Assembly (NCBI GenBank): GCA_965215945.1
Contig: CBDCFC010000025.1
Coordinates: 214,805 to 278,804, forward strand
Origin: Arenicellales bacterium
GTDB taxonomy: Bacteria; Pseudomonadota; Gammaproteobacteria; Arenicellales; JAHEKD01
Reading direction: 5' to 3'
DNA length: 64,000 bases
Notes under the pieces: model-generated
Database searches by the model: none
Told to the model about the DNA's origin: nothing
What the model saw: the letters and a program-made list of their open reading frames with translations, nothing else
Position numbers and translations under genes: made by a program
Shown here: positions 28,807-41,304 of the stretch, in pieces
How the letters are laid out: every line of letters starts with the position of its first letter
Position numbering within the stretch: the first letter of the stretch is position 1

Positions 28807-30465
28807 ATGGAACGATTTTGGTTGAAATCATACCCTGAAGGGGTGCCACACGATATAGATTACGGGGATTACACATCCGTTTTTGATTTTTTTAAAAATA
28901 CCTGTGAGCGGTTTGGCAACAGTCCGGGCTATTCAAACTTCGGCAAAGTTCTAACATTTGCTGAAATCGACCAACTAAGTCAGCAGTTTGGTGCTTATTT
29001 GCAAAACGATCTGGGTATGAAGAAAGGTCAGCGCCTTGGCATTATGCTGCCGAACGTTTTGCAGTATCCAATAGCGCTATTTGGTGCCATGCGGGCGGGC
29101 ATTGTGGTCGTTAACATCGATCCGTTGTATACAGTGCGCGAATTAACCCATCAATTAAATGACTCAGGTGCTGATGCGATTTTATTTTTAGAGAATTTTG
29201 GCGATACGGTCCAGAAAACCCTACCCAATACTAAGGTAAAACACGTTATTTCAACCAAGTTGGGTGATTGCCTGGATTTTCCGAAGTCAGCATTAATAAA
29301 TTTCGTTCTTAAACATGTCAAGAAAGTTGTACCGAAATTTAATATTCCACAGGCAGTGCGTTTCATTGATGCTTTGAAGATTGGATCACAATCCACATGC
29401 ACAGATGCAAAATTGAGTTTTGATGATATCTTGTTCTTGCAATATACCGGCGGTACTACCGGTGTTTCTAAAGGTGCAGTATTAACTCACGGAAACATCG
29501 TTGCCAACGTGCTGCAAGCCAATGCCTGGATCAGTAGTGACTTTGAACATGGTAAAGACAAGGCCATTATGGCGTTGCCGGCGTATCATATCTTCTGTAT
29601 GACGGCCAATATGCTGACCATGATGAGCATGGGGATCGAAAACATTATGATTACTAATCCCCGTGACTTTGAAGGATTCGTCAAGATACTGCAAAAAACC
29701 GACTTTAATATCATCTTGGGCGTAAATACCTTATTCAGAAAGCTGCTTAATACACCCGGATTTGAACAGATCAAGTTTAAAGATATGAAGCTCAGTTTCG
29801 CTGGTGGTATGGCAGTCACTCAGGATGTGGCCAAAGAATGGGAGGCGGCGAGCGGTACGGTCGTGGTTGAAGCCTATGGACTGACGGAAACTTCCCCGGC
29901 GGTTTGTATCAATCCTCTAGATATCAGCGAATTCATGGGCAGCATTGGTTTGCCGATCTCATCCACTTATGTACAAATCAAGGATGATAACGGAAAGGAT
30001 GTAGGCATCAACGCCGAGGGTGAGCTATGTGTAAAAGGCCCGCAGGTGACCCAAGGTTACTGGAATAGACCCGATGCCAATAAAGAGTCTTTCACAGCGG
30101 ACGGTTATTTTCGCACCGGCGATTTTGCCAGCATTGATGAGGAAGGTTACGTGCGTATTTTAGACCGCAAGAAAAATATGATCCTGGTGTCCGGTTTTAA
30201 TGTTTTTCCCAATGAGGTCGAGGACGTGGTCAGCCAGCACCCAGATATTGTCGAAGCCGCGGCCATCGGTGTTCCGGATGAAGATGCCGGTGAAGTAGTG
30301 AAATTATTCGTAGTCAAGTCTAATGATGCTCTAACCGAAGATGATGTTAAAGCTTACTGTAAGGAACAGTTAACCGGCTACAAACGTCCTAAAGTGGTGG
30401 AGTTTATTGATGAGATTCCCAAGACTAATGTGGGGAAGATTTCACACAAAGATTTGAGAGATTGA
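28807..30465 (+). CDS. fadD: long-chain-fatty-acid--CoA ligase
   Basis: 552 aa with the AMP-binding motif YTGGTTGVSKGA, YGLTETSP and the C-terminal GKISHKDLRD. Confidence 0.9.
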   Translation: MERFWLKSYPEGVPHDIDYGDYTSVFDFFKNTCERFGNSPGYSNFGKVLTFAEIDQLSQQFGAYLQNDLGMKKGQRLGIMLPNVLQYPIALFGAMRAGIVVVNIDPLYTVRELTHQLNDSGADAILFLENFGDTVQKTLPNTKVKHVISTKLGDCLDFPKSALINFVLKHVKKVVPKFNIPQAVRFIDALKIGSQSTCTDAKLSFDDILFLQYTGGTTGVSKGAVLTHGNIVANVLQANAWISSDFEHGKDKAIMALPAYHIFCMTANMLTMMSMGIENIMITNPRDFEGFVKILQKTDFNIILGVNTLFRKLLNTPGFEQIKFKDMKLSFAGGMAVTQDVAKEWEAASGTVVVEAYGLTETSPAVCINPLDISEFMGSIGLPISSTYVQIKDDNGKDVGINAEGELCVKGPQVTQGYWNRPDANKESFTADGYFRTGDFASIDEEGYVRILDRKKNMILVSGFNVFPNEVEDVVSQHPDIVEAAAIGVPDEDAGEVVKLFVVKSNDALTEDDVKAYCKEQLTGYKRPKVVEFIDEIPKTNVGKISHKDLRD

Positions 30466-30524
30466 AATGATTTATCTAATTATTCAATCTCTTTGTAGTG
30501 GCAGGAATTATTTAAGGAAATACA

Positions 30525-30591
30525 TTTCCCGCACTTGTTGCGGGATCTTTTAGTGCAACTCTTTCTTTGGAGACCCGGAATAAATCCGGGG
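30525..30591. repeat. two palindromic repeat modules between fadD and fadH
   Basis: TTTCCCGCACTTGTTGCGGGATC (30525-30547) and GGAGACCCGGAATAAATCCGGGG (30569-30591). Both families recur at 25.1-25.3 kb and 36.4-36.5 kb. Confidence 0.5.
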
Positions 30592-30638
30592 AACGTAGTC
30601 TTGATCAAACGCATCTTGAATTTGGTTTAGTGCAATAG

Positions 30639-32675
<2,037 letters not shown>

Positions 32676-32728
32676 TTAAAGTAATAATTTAGTTATATGT
32701 TCTAATTAATTGATATATTGAGGAAAAA

Positions 32729-35089
32729 ATGAAACGAAATATTCGAAAAGTGGCCGTGCTAGGTGCCGGTGTAATGGGCGCGCAGATTGCAGCACATCTG
32801 GCCAATTCAAATGTGGATACTATCCTGTTTGATCTGCCGGCAAAGGAGGGCGATAAGTCGGGGATTGCTAAAGCCGCTATTCAGAAAATGGCAAAACTCA
32901 AACCAGCCCCGTTAACCACATCGGGTTTAGAGTCGAGAATTAAACCCGCAAATTATGATGAGCATCTGGAAGAACTTAAAAGTTGTGATTTATTAATCGA
33001 AGCGATATCCGAGCGCATGGACTGGAAAAAGGATCTGTATGACAAGATCGAACCTTATGTTGCTAACCACGCTATCTTGGCAACCAATACATCCGGTTTG
33101 GGTATTAATGAGCTGGCGAGCGTGTTAAATGAAAAATTGCGCGAGCGATTTTTGTGTTTGCATTTCTTCAATCCGCCGCGTTACATGCATTTAGTCGAGG
33201 TCATTCCTTGTAACCAAACCAAGCCTGAAGTCTTAGAAGTGCTGGAACCATTTTTTGTCAGCACATTAGGAAAAGGATTAGTGGTTGCCAAAGACACGCC
33301 TAATTTTATTGGTAATCGAATCGGTATTTTCAGCCTTCTGGCGACCATGCACCATGCCGACGAGTTAGGTATTCCGCTTGAGGTGGTAGATCAGATTACA
33401 GGCAAGCCTTTAGGGCGTCCAAAATCGGGCACCTATCGAACCATGGACGTGGTCGGCCTGGATACCATAAAGCACGCCATCAATACGATGGATGTTGGTC
33501 TGAAGGATGATCCCTGGAGTCAATATTACAAAACACCAGCCTATATCGCAGACATGGTAGAACAAGGAGTGTTAGGCCAAAAAACCGGCAAGGGAATTTA
33601 TGCTGAGAAAGGTAAGCTGGTTTTCAGTCCCGCTAAAGGTGACTATGTCACTGCTGACAATAAATTCGATAATGATATTGCAGCGATGCTCAATAGCCCT
33701 AACTGGTCAGAAAATTTCCAGGCGCTAAGAGAATCAGATCACCCACAAGCACAATTCATTTATCGAAGCTTACGTGATTTATTCCACTATTGTTTAGTGA
33801 CGCTGGAAGAGATTGCCAACTGTGCTCGTGATGTTGATCTGGCGATTCGCTGGGGATTTGGCTGGATGATGGGACCGTTTGAAATTATCCAGGCAACGGG
33901 CTTAAAAAACGTCGTCAAAATGCTCAACGAAGAAAGCCAAGCCGGAAACTTGATGGCGAATGTGGAACTTCCGAGTTGGGTTGATGAGATTGATGATATT
34001 CACAACGCTGAAGGTTCTTACTCGCCATTACAAAGAGCGTATATTCCGCTTTCTTCAAGTTCTGTTTATGAGCGTCAGATCCTGCGTGAAAACGTGGTCG
34101 GCTCGATGCCCAATAAACCACTGGGTGAAACCGTATTTGAAACCGATTCTGTGCGCATGTGGCATCAGGGTGATGATGTTGGGATTCTGACATTCAAGAG
34201 CAAGATGCATACGGTTGGAATGGGTGTGATTGAAGGTATTTTGCAGGCAACAGAAGAAGCGGAAAAGAATTTTTCGTCTTTGGTTGTTTGGCATCCTACA
34301 GCGCCATTTAGCTTTGGTGCAGATTTAAAGGAAGCCATGGGTTTTCATCAGGCCGATGAGTTTGAAAAAATTGGCCAGATGATTAACCAGTTTCAGCAGG
34401 CAACAATGTCATTGAAACATTGTTATGTTCCCACAGTCGCAGCGGTGCAAGGCATGGCATTAGGTGGCGGTTGTGAAGTGCAAATGCACTGTGATGTGAC
34501 TGTTGCTGCCCAAGAATCGTATATCGGCTTGGTTGAAGCGGGTATTGGTTTATTGCCGGCGGCCAGTGGTTCCAAAGAAATGGCCACACGTGCAGTTGAC
34601 CTGGCCAAAGGTGGTGATTTAATGCCGCACATTCAGCGTGCTTTCCAGGCCTTAGCGATGGCTAAAGTCTCTGCCAGTGGGCTTGATGCCATTAAACTGG
34701 GATTGATGACTGATCAGGATATGGTGATTGGTAATGCCCATGAACTATTACATGTCGCCAAAGCCCAGGCCAAGGCGCTTGCCGAAGCAGGTTATCGACC
34801 GGTATCCAGAAACCAAAGAGTGAAGGTGGCGGGCAAGCCCGGTAAAGCTACCTTGATGATGATGGCGGTAAACATGCTGGAAGGTAATTTCATTTCGGAA
34901 CACGATTACACGATTGCGGATCGAATTGCGGCGGTATTGACCGGTGGTGATGTGGAAGAAGGCAGTTACGTCACCAATGAGTGGTTATTGAAGCTTGAGG
35001 TTGATGCGTTTGTTGAATTGCTGCAAACCGAGAAAACCCAGGCGCGCATTGCGCATACTTTAACGACTGGCAAGCCACTTAGAAATTAA
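32729..35089 (+). CDS. bifunctional 3-hydroxyacyl-CoA dehydrogenase / enoyl-CoA hydratase (dehydrogenase domain first)
   Basis: 786 aa with an N-terminal Rossmann motif VLGAGVMGAQIA and a C-terminal crotonase-like region (AAVQGMALGGGCE). Confidence 0.85.
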   Translation: MKRNIRKVAVLGAGVMGAQIAAHLANSNVDTILFDLPAKEGDKSGIAKAAIQKMAKLKPAPLTTSGLESRIKPANYDEHLEELKSCDLLIEAISERMDWKKDLYDKIEPYVANHAILATNTSGLGINELASVLNEKLRERFLCLHFFNPPRYMHLVEVIPCNQTKPEVLEVLEPFFVSTLGKGLVVAKDTPNFIGNRIGIFSLLATMHHADELGIPLEVVDQITGKPLGRPKSGTYRTMDVVGLDTIKHAINTMDVGLKDDPWSQYYKTPAYIADMVEQGVLGQKTGKGIYAEKGKLVFSPAKGDYVTADNKFDNDIAAMLNSPNWSENFQALRESDHPQAQFIYRSLRDLFHYCLVTLEEIANCARDVDLAIRWGFGWMMGPFEIIQATGLKNVVKMLNEESQAGNLMANVELPSWVDEIDDIHNAEGSYSPLQRAYIPLSSSSVYERQILRENVVGSMPNKPLGETVFETDSVRMWHQGDDVGILTFKSKMHTVGMGVIEGILQATEEAEKNFSSLVVWHPTAPFSFGADLKEAMGFHQADEFEKIGQMINQFQQATMSLKHCYVPTVAAVQGMALGGGCEVQMHCDVTVAAQESYIGLVEAGIGLLPAASGSKEMATRAVDLAKGGDLMPHIQRAFQALAMAKVSASGLDAIKLGLMTDQDMVIGNAHELLHVAKAQAKALAEAGYRPVSRNQRVKVAGKPGKATLMMMAVNMLEGNFISEHDYTIADRIAAVLTGGDVEEGSYVTNEWLLKLEVDAFVELLQTEKTQARIAHTLTTGKPLRN

Positions 35090-35114
35090 CCTAAGGAAAC
35101 CTAGGAGAACGAAC

Positions 35115-36302
35115 ATGACTAATCAACGAGATGCATATATTGTAAAAGCCGTACGTACGCCAGTGGCTAAATATAAAGGTGCTTTTAAACATGTGCGGCC
35201 GGACGATATGCTGGCCCATGTGCTTAAAGGTGTGGTGGCTGATCAGCCCGAAATAGCCAACGATGTTGAAGATGTCGTTGTTGGCTGTGCAATGCCTGAA
35301 GCCGAGCAGGGTATGAACGTGGCTCGAATCGGTGTGTTACTGGCGGGTTTTCCGGATAACGTACCCGCAGTCACAATCAACCGTTTTTGTTCTTCCGGTT
35401 CCCAGGCTGTCGCCATGGCGGCAGATAAAATTCGTCTTGGTGAAGCAGACGTAATGATCGGTGCTGGAACCGAATCGATGTCCATGGTGCCGATGATGGG
35501 CAACAAGGTCTCATTGAATCCAAAAGTGTTTGCTGATGACAATGTCGCCATTGCCTACGGTATGGGCATAACCGCTGAAAAAGTCGCAGAACGCTGGAAA
35601 GTCAATCGTGAAGACCAGGATGCGTTCGCGGCTGAATCTCATGCTCGTGCTATAAATGCCACTCAAAATGGCTGGTTCAAAGACGAAATTCTGCCTTATG
35701 AAATAGTGACGTCACATCCATCTGCAGACGGGCTGGGCGTTGATACTAAATCTCGAACTATGACTGATGACGAAGGCCCACGCCCCGGTTCAACACCAGA
35801 AGTATTAGGTAAGCTTCGAACTGTATTCAAAGTGAATGGTTCCGTGACAGCCGGTAATTCCTCGCAAATGTCAGATGGCGCAGGTGCTGTGTTACTGGCC
35901 AGTGAAGCAGCGCTGAAAAAATATAACCTTGAACCTATCGGCAGATTTGTCACCTCAGCGGTTGCAGGTGTCGAACCCGAGGTCATGGGAATCGGCCCTA
36001 AGGAAGCAATTCCAATTTGCTTAAACAAGGCAGGTATGACGCTTGACCAACTTGACTGGATCGAGCTCAACGAAGCATTTGCCGCACAGGCGCTGGCTGT
36101 CTGTAATGAACTTGATCTGGACAAATCCAAAGTCAATCCCAACGGCGGTGCCATCGCACTCGGTCATCCGCTTGGCGCAACCGGAGCCATCCGTACAGCG
36201 ACCCTGATGAACGGCCTTCAACGTACCGGCGGTAAATACGGCATGGTGACGATGTGTATTGGTACGGGTATGGGCTTTGCAATGATTATTGAAGCAATTT
36301 AA
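35115..36302 (+). CDS. fadA: acetyl-CoA C-acyltransferase (3-ketoacyl-CoA thiolase)
   Basis: 395 aa with the NRFCSSG active-site Cys, NEAFAAQ, GGAIALGHPLGATG and CIGTGMG. Confidence 0.9.
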   Translation: MTNQRDAYIVKAVRTPVAKYKGAFKHVRPDDMLAHVLKGVVADQPEIANDVEDVVVGCAMPEAEQGMNVARIGVLLAGFPDNVPAVTINRFCSSGSQAVAMAADKIRLGEADVMIGAGTESMSMVPMMGNKVSLNPKVFADDNVAIAYGMGITAEKVAERWKVNREDQDAFAAESHARAINATQNGWFKDEILPYEIVTSHPSADGLGVDTKSRTMTDDEGPRPGSTPEVLGKLRTVFKVNGSVTAGNSSQMSDGAGAVLLASEAALKKYNLEPIGRFVTSAVAGVEPEVMGIGPKEAIPICLNKAGMTLDQLDWIELNEAFAAQALAVCNELDLDKSKVNPNGGAIALGHPLGATGAIRTATLMNGLQRTGGKYGMVTMCIGTGMGFAMIIEAI

Positions 36303-36310
36303 AAAGCAGT

Positions 36311-36499
36311 TGTCATTCTGAAAGTACCTAAGGCGCTATCCAGAATCTCCCAACCTCTACCCCCAAATAAAATTCGTCATTCCGGAAACACCGTAAGGCG
36401 TTATCCGGAATCTCTTGAAGTTGTAAATTCCCCGGATTTATTCTGGGGTCTCCCAAATGTGGCGATAAACCACAAAGATCCCGCAAAGTGTGCGGGAAA
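36311..36499. repeat. array of four palindromic repeat modules downstream of fadA
   Basis: GTCATTCTGAAAG...CCAGAATCTCC (36311-36351), GTCATTCCGGAAAC...CCGGAATCTC (36375-36414), CCCCGGATTTATTCTGGGGTCTCC (36430-36453, inverted) and GATCCCGCAAAGTGTGCGGGAAA (36477-36499). Confidence 0.6.
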
Positions 36500-36559
36500 T
36501 ACCAGTCTAGTTATCCCGAGTGCATTGGATAGATATTTGTTTCCGATAAAATAACCTAT

Positions 36560-36838
36560 ATGACCCAAACATCAAGCAACTGGTACGTTTACATTCTCCG
36601 CTGTGCAGACGACACCTTGTACACAGGTATTACCACCGACTTAAAACGCCGTATTCATGAACACAATAATGGTGACTCAAAAGCTGCACGTTACACAAAA
36701 TCTCGCAGGCCGGTAAAACTAATTTTTCATGAATCATTTACAAGCAGAGCTACGGCGAGTCAAAGAGAATGCGAAATAAAACAACTTAGACGACAACAAA
36801 AACTGGAATTGATAACAAAATTTGAAATGAAAGTTTGA
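36560..36838 (+). CDS. GIY-YIG nuclease-domain protein (small, UPF0213/YhbQ-like)
   Basis: 92 aa with WYVYILRCADDTLYTGITTDLKRRIHEHN. Confidence 0.75.
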   Translation: MTQTSSNWYVYILRCADDTLYTGITTDLKRRIHEHNNGDSKAARYTKSRRPVKLIFHESFTSRATASQRECEIKQLRRQQKLELITKFEMKV

Positions 36839-37081
36839 CTTTGACTTAAGCTTCCTTCTAATAAAATACATTAACAGATGTTGTGAAATTAGAAGAATAT
36901 CTGCCTGATGTGTGCTTTATCATTTTCTTGAAAACTTTCGCATGAATTGGATTTGGAATAGTCTAGTTTCTATTGCTAATTGGTCAAATTAAATCAAGCA
37001 ATCGAAAATTATGCTAAACTGCTGCGATACCGAATTAATGTTTTCGGTAACAAATAAAACCAATTAATAGAGGAGAACGCT

Positions 37082-37519
37082 ATGTCACATAAATATTCAG
37101 GCGGTTGCGACCACATACACTCTAATTCTGATAACGAACCGGTTGATAACCATACTTGTCACTGTTCAGTTTGTAAAAGTGTAACGGGACAAGATACAAC
37201 CCACGTTGTTTTTTTTAAACACTCAGACCTTGCAGTGGATAACCCGGATCAGTTGAATCGCCAGCCTTTTAATGTTAATAATCCCGATGGACCATTGGAG
37301 CTATGTACTTGTTCAACCTGTGGAACGCCTATAATGCTTGATGATAAGCAGCGAAGAATACGCGCGATTGTTCCGAATTTAATGGGGTATGATTCAGAAA
37401 AATTGCCGGCAACATATCATGCTTTTTATGACCCATCTACTGGAGTAGAACGTCCGGATGATGGTCGTCCGGTACATGAAGGTTTGCGCCCGGATTTTGT
37501 TTGGCCGGATGCTGCTTAA
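37082..37519 (+). CDS. GFA/CENP-V family protein
   Basis: 145 aa with CHCSVCKSVTG and CSTCGTP zinc-Cys motifs and a good Shine-Dalgarno (AGAGGAGAA). Confidence 0.7.
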   Translation: MSHKYSGGCDHIHSNSDNEPVDNHTCHCSVCKSVTGQDTTHVVFFKHSDLAVDNPDQLNRQPFNVNNPDGPLELCTCSTCGTPIMLDDKQRRIRAIVPNLMGYDSEKLPATYHAFYDPSTGVERPDDGRPVHEGLRPDFVWPDAA

Positions 37520-37540
37520 TTTGAACTAAAAGTTTTTCGG

Positions 37541-37564
37541 CAGACTTGCGGAAAGTCTGTTTTG
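37541..37564 (+). terminator. rho-independent terminator candidate
   Basis: CAGACTT-GCGGA-AAGTCTG hairpin followed by TTTT, 22 nt after the stop at 37519. Confidence 0.55.
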
Positions 37565-37691
37565 GGTTATTAGCCCTCGAAGAAATAATTCAATCTATTG
37601 AGTTATTAAGGCTGTACTCGAGTAGAAAGTAATAAGTGTCACTATTCAAAATACAGAATATCTTTTTCTAAGAAGAGTATTGATTCTACTT

Positions 37692-38006
37692 ATGCAAAAG
37701 ACCACTAAATACCTAGCCATTATATCTATATGTTTTTTAGTTTTTTATGTCACTAGCATTTTAGGCTGCAAATTCTTCCCGTCATTAGCGCAAGGTTGTA
37801 GCGAAGAAAGCCTATTGTTTAGCTTGCTTTATGGTTTACTTTATTTGCTTGTAGCCGCATCGCTGGTGATTATTCCTTTGATCGCAATTGTTTATATCAG
37901 AGTGACGATCATCATGCCGATCTCAAAATTTATTTATGGTGACGGCAATGTGCTTGATGCCAAGTTATTCGGTTGGTTTGATAAGTGCTGGAATTTGTGC
38001 AAGTAA
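37692..38006 (+). CDS. hypothetical small membrane protein
   Basis: Two predicted hydrophobic helices. Start chosen at ATG 37692 rather than TTG 37680. I recognise no family. Confidence 0.35.
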   Translation: MQKTTKYLAIISICFLVFYVTSILGCKFFPSLAQGCSEESLLFSLLYGLLYLLVAASLVIIPLIAIVYIRVTIIMPISKFIYGDGNVLDAKLFGWFDKCWNLCK

Positions 38007-38024
38007 AAATACTTGTGTCAATAA

Positions 38025-38354
38025 TTAATCTTTCCGGCTGGCAAACGGATTTTGATAAAGTTGATCATGTGACTCGACGCCATCTTCGATCACACAATCG
38101 GTTTTTGGCCGCGCTATACAGAGCAGTATGTAACCTGCTTGGGATTGGCGTTTGTTAATAGCAGTTGCTCCAGGTTGACGCACTTTGCCGGAAATCAATT
38201 TGGCAGCGCAGGTAATGCAACCACCGTATTCACAGCCGATAGGCAGTTGTATGCCGGCTTTTAAGCCGGCATTGTAAATCGGTTCATCTATACCTACATC
38301 AATGGTGGCACCACTATTTTTAAGTTCAACTTTGAAGATTTTATCTTTAATCAC
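38025..38354 (-). CDS. 2Fe-2S ferredoxin (plant-type fold)
   Basis: 109 aa with CEYGGCITCAAKL plus the downstream LLCIARP cysteine pattern. Confidence 0.8.
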   Translation of the reverse strand: MIKDKIFKVELKNSGATIDVGIDEPIYNAGLKAGIQLPIGCEYGGCITCAAKLISGKVRQPGATAINKRQSQAGYILLCIARPKTDCVIEDGVESHDQLYQNPFASRKD

Positions 38355-38370
38355 GCATCCTGTTTAATAT

Positions 38371-39015
38371 TTATTTGCTTTGTGACTCCAGCCACTCGTT
38401 TAAACAAGGGCGGTAACTGGCTAACTCATCACTCACCGCTTTATGTTGGCAAAGATTTTCCTTATATTGAATTATTGAATCAGGCCATTCAATCTCAAGA
38501 TCCAAAAAAGGTGTTAATGACTCGATCCAGGCGAATGTTATTGGAAAACCGCACTCACCGAGCGTTAACTGATGACTCGTGTTGTTTCGATTACAAAACA
38601 ATCGGGAAAATTGATTTAAACGAAGTGAAATTTGCTCTGATTGTTTACCAATGATTTTGTTATTACCTTTTACTTCATCGATGAAGGGAAATAGTTTTCG
38701 CACCTCTGGTTCCAGTCGTGTGTCGTGAAACCGTGAGCGTTCACGGACTTTTGCTCTGAGAGCAATATCTTCTGGTAGCATTGATGGGGTTGGGTATTTT
38801 TCGTTCAAATATTCGGCGATGGCCTCCGAGTCAGCCAGCACTAAATCTCCATCGATTAATGTCGGCAAATTGCCTGATGGAATAATTTTTTTATACTCAT
38901 CCGAGCCGTAACCACCAGGAGGTAGAATTTCTTTCCATTTAAGGTTCTTATGACGTAATAGAATACGAAGCTTTGCACAATAAAGACTCAGTGGAATGGT
39001 ATATATCGTAAGCAT
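38371..39015 (-). CDS. glutathione S-transferase family protein
   Basis: Start set at MLTIYTIPLSLYCAKLR (ATG 39013-39015). It has NLPTLIDGDLVLADSEAIAEYL, a GST N-domain signature. The 45 upstream codons in the track look like read-through. Confidence 0.7.
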   Translation of the reverse strand: MLTIYTIPLSLYCAKLRILLRHKNLKWKEILPPGGYGSDEYKKIIPSGNLPTLIDGDLVLADSEAIAEYLNEKYPTPSMLPEDIALRAKVRERSRFHDTRLEPEVRKLFPFIDEVKGNNKIIGKQSEQISLRLNQFSRLFCNRNNTSHQLTLGECGFPITFAWIESLTPFLDLEIEWPDSIIQYKENLCQHKAVSDELASYRPCLNEWLESQSK

Positions 39016-39193
39016 ATCCTGGATTATGGGCTTTTCTTGGTCTTGATGAAAGCCGGTTGAGAAAATGACGAATCGGGTTGAGCGAAATGATTGAAGAATT
39101 CCCTCAAGAAAGCTTGGTATTGATTGCCTTGTTGACATATCACCAGTCAAATTTAGGTAAACTACTTTAGAAATACACTGTCATCTAATTACT

Positions 39194-39319
39194 ATGAGCC
39201 AAGGAACTTGTTTATGTGAAAATATACGCTGGTCAATTTCCGGTCAGCCTAAAGCGTCTTATCATTGTCACTGTTCGATGTGCCGCGAGGCTTATGAATT
39301 CGGTGAAATGCCGAAATAA
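39194..39319 (+). pseudogene. truncated GFA/CENP-V family gene fragment (41 codons)
   Basis: MSQGTCLCENIRWSISGQPKASYHCHCSMCRE matches the GFA N-terminus and then runs into a stop. It was too short to appear in the ORF track. Confidence 0.55.
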
Positions 39320-39334
39320 CTAAAGGAGAGTGTT

Positions 39335-39739
39335 GTGAGTACAGTTAAAGCACCAGAAAATCCCGAGTCGGACCTGCGGGTCAAAGCGGTATTTGATGAA
39401 ATCCGTGAACTCAGAGGGACAGATTATATAAATAATCTGTGGAGATATTTAGCTTTTGATCCGCCGCTGTTAGAAGAAATTTGGCAGGGTGTCCGAGATG
39501 TGATGGCGGCCGAAACACTGATCGATTTCAAAACTAAAGAAATGATTTATGTAGCTGTATCCATAGCTAATTCCTGCAAATACTGCATTCACTCACATAC
39601 CGCTGCCGCAAAATCGCACGGCATGACCGACGACGAACATGCTGAGTTATTACGTATTGTTACCACTGCTGGAAGAACAAACCATCTTTTGAATGGATTG
39701 AACATTCCAGTCGATGATGTTTTTGATATGGATGTTTGA
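39335..39739 (+). CDS. carboxymuconolactone decarboxylase / AhpD-like family protein
   Basis: 134 aa with a GTG start after AAGGAGAG and a CKYCIHSH CxxC-type motif. Confidence 0.7.
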   Translation: MSTVKAPENPESDLRVKAVFDEIRELRGTDYINNLWRYLAFDPPLLEEIWQGVRDVMAAETLIDFKTKEMIYVAVSIANSCKYCIHSHTAAAKSHGMTDDEHAELLRIVTTAGRTNHLLNGLNIPVDDVFDMDV

Positions 39740-40363
39740 TTATTCTTCTTGTGATGTTGAAGTGCTAATTTCAGAAGTATCAGGTTCTTCTTGAGTAAGA
39801 ATCACTTCGCCTTGTAATTCTGTTTCAGTTTCTTCTAACTCAGTGACTTGTTCAGCTTCACCTTCCAATATAGTTTCCGTGCCTTCTTCAACCAATAATA
39901 GGTGAACCGGATTTGGAGTCAGGTCCTTTGCGGCGCCTGTGGCAGCGTCAACACCGAGTCCTATCACTCCTCCTAATATTATGTTTCCGGCCATTCCCGT
40001 TGCACCGGCTCCTACAACTTTGTTGCCTACTAATACTTCCTGGCTTTGATAACCTTGTTTTGAAATGACAAGTGTATACTCACCTTTTCTGGGCACTACG
40101 AAAGTTGTTGGGGTAGTTTTAGAGATAGGGCCTTCATAGGTTTTTTCCCCATCAAGTAATTCGAGCGCTTGCTCCTCTCCAATTGCTTTGATTAGTTGCT
40201 TGTCAGTAAATTTACCCTTTGTTCTTGTCAATTCCACAGTTGCGCCTGGTGGCTCGGTAGTAATTTCCAATTTATCATCGGTGCCTCGTGTGATGGAAGC
40301 ACAACCTGTTGTGAGCGCAAGTGTCAAGACAACACTCATACTTCTAAAAAATGAAAAGTTCAT
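39740..40363 (-). CDS. lipoprotein with PEGA-like domain and acidic C-terminal tail
   Basis: Lipobox LTTGC, a PPGATVEL segment, a Gly-rich hydrophobic stretch and an E/T-rich tail. Confidence 0.5.
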   Translation of the reverse strand: MNFSFFRSMSVVLTLALTTGCASITRGTDDKLEITTEPPGATVELTRTKGKFTDKQLIKAIGEEQALELLDGEKTYEGPISKTTPTTFVVPRKGEYTLVISKQGYQSQEVLVGNKVVGAGATGMAGNIILGGVIGLGVDAATGAAKDLTPNPVHLLLVEEGTETILEGEAEQVTELEETETELQGEVILTQEEPDTSEISTSTSQEE

Positions 40364-40625
40364 GTATTTTTTCCCCTAAATTTAAAGGTTGAGAAATTTA
40401 AAATCGGTCAAACTCAGAAAAGCGCGCAACATTAAATATATTTAATTACTTTGTCAAGTTAAAATTATGACCGAATCACGAATTTTCGTGACAGGTTTTA
40501 GCTTGATCCTGATAGACATTGAGATGATTCGTCATCAGATGGACTAAGTATGTGGATTAGTTAACAGATTTATTTATAAAAGCTGGTTATTATCTGGGGA
40601 AATAATAATAAATAGGTACGGCGTT

Positions 40626-41195
40626 ATGAAGGGAATAATTAAATTTACAGTATTACTTGCTGCGTGCTTTTTGTTTTTTACAACCTTGGTGATGGCTGAA
40701 GAATCTTTTACAAAAGTACAGCCTATGGAGAACCTAAATAATGTTAATGACGAATTTGACTCACGTCACGATGAGCTGACTGGATTGTTGAACTGGGCTG
40801 CATATTTGTCCGGCTATAAAACTAATGGCGACAACCCAAAGTTACAATTCAAGCCACATCAGTTCTTTGTCGATAATGCTTGTTATGGTAATGATAAATG
40901 TAGAGTAGTAGGTTGGTACAATGATCAAGGCATTGTATATATTGATAAGAAACTAGATGCACTGAATTCCAGATTTGAGCGTAGCTTGGTTGTTCACGAG
41001 TTTGTTCATTATTTGCAACATATCAGCGGCAAATTCAAAACCGGTACTTGTGAAGAGTTTATTCAGCGTGAGCGAGAAGCCTATACGGCACAACGTGACT
41101 TCATCATGGCATACGGCTCAATGCCGAGCATGAGTTTTTATCAACATTCATGTGCCTTGAATACGGTTGAGGTTGGAAATTTGGTTTCAAACTAA
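40626..41195 (+). CDS. secreted hypothetical protein with HExxH motif (possible small zincin)
   Basis: Signal peptide ending VMAEE, then HEFVHYLQH at about residues 134-142. Confidence 0.45.
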   Translation: MKGIIKFTVLLAACFLFFTTLVMAEESFTKVQPMENLNNVNDEFDSRHDELTGLLNWAAYLSGYKTNGDNPKLQFKPHQFFVDNACYGNDKCRVVGWYNDQGIVYIDKKLDALNSRFERSLVVHEFVHYLQHISGKFKTGTCEEFIQREREAYTAQRDFIMAYGSMPSMSFYQHSCALNTVEVGNLVSN

Positions 41196-41304
41196 ATCGC
41201 TTCATTAAAATATTTTTACTAACACAAGTTATGACTTTAATAACAATATGTGTAATGTTAGTATTATGCTGTATTTATGCCATTGAAGGATAAGGAGGCT
41301 TAGT

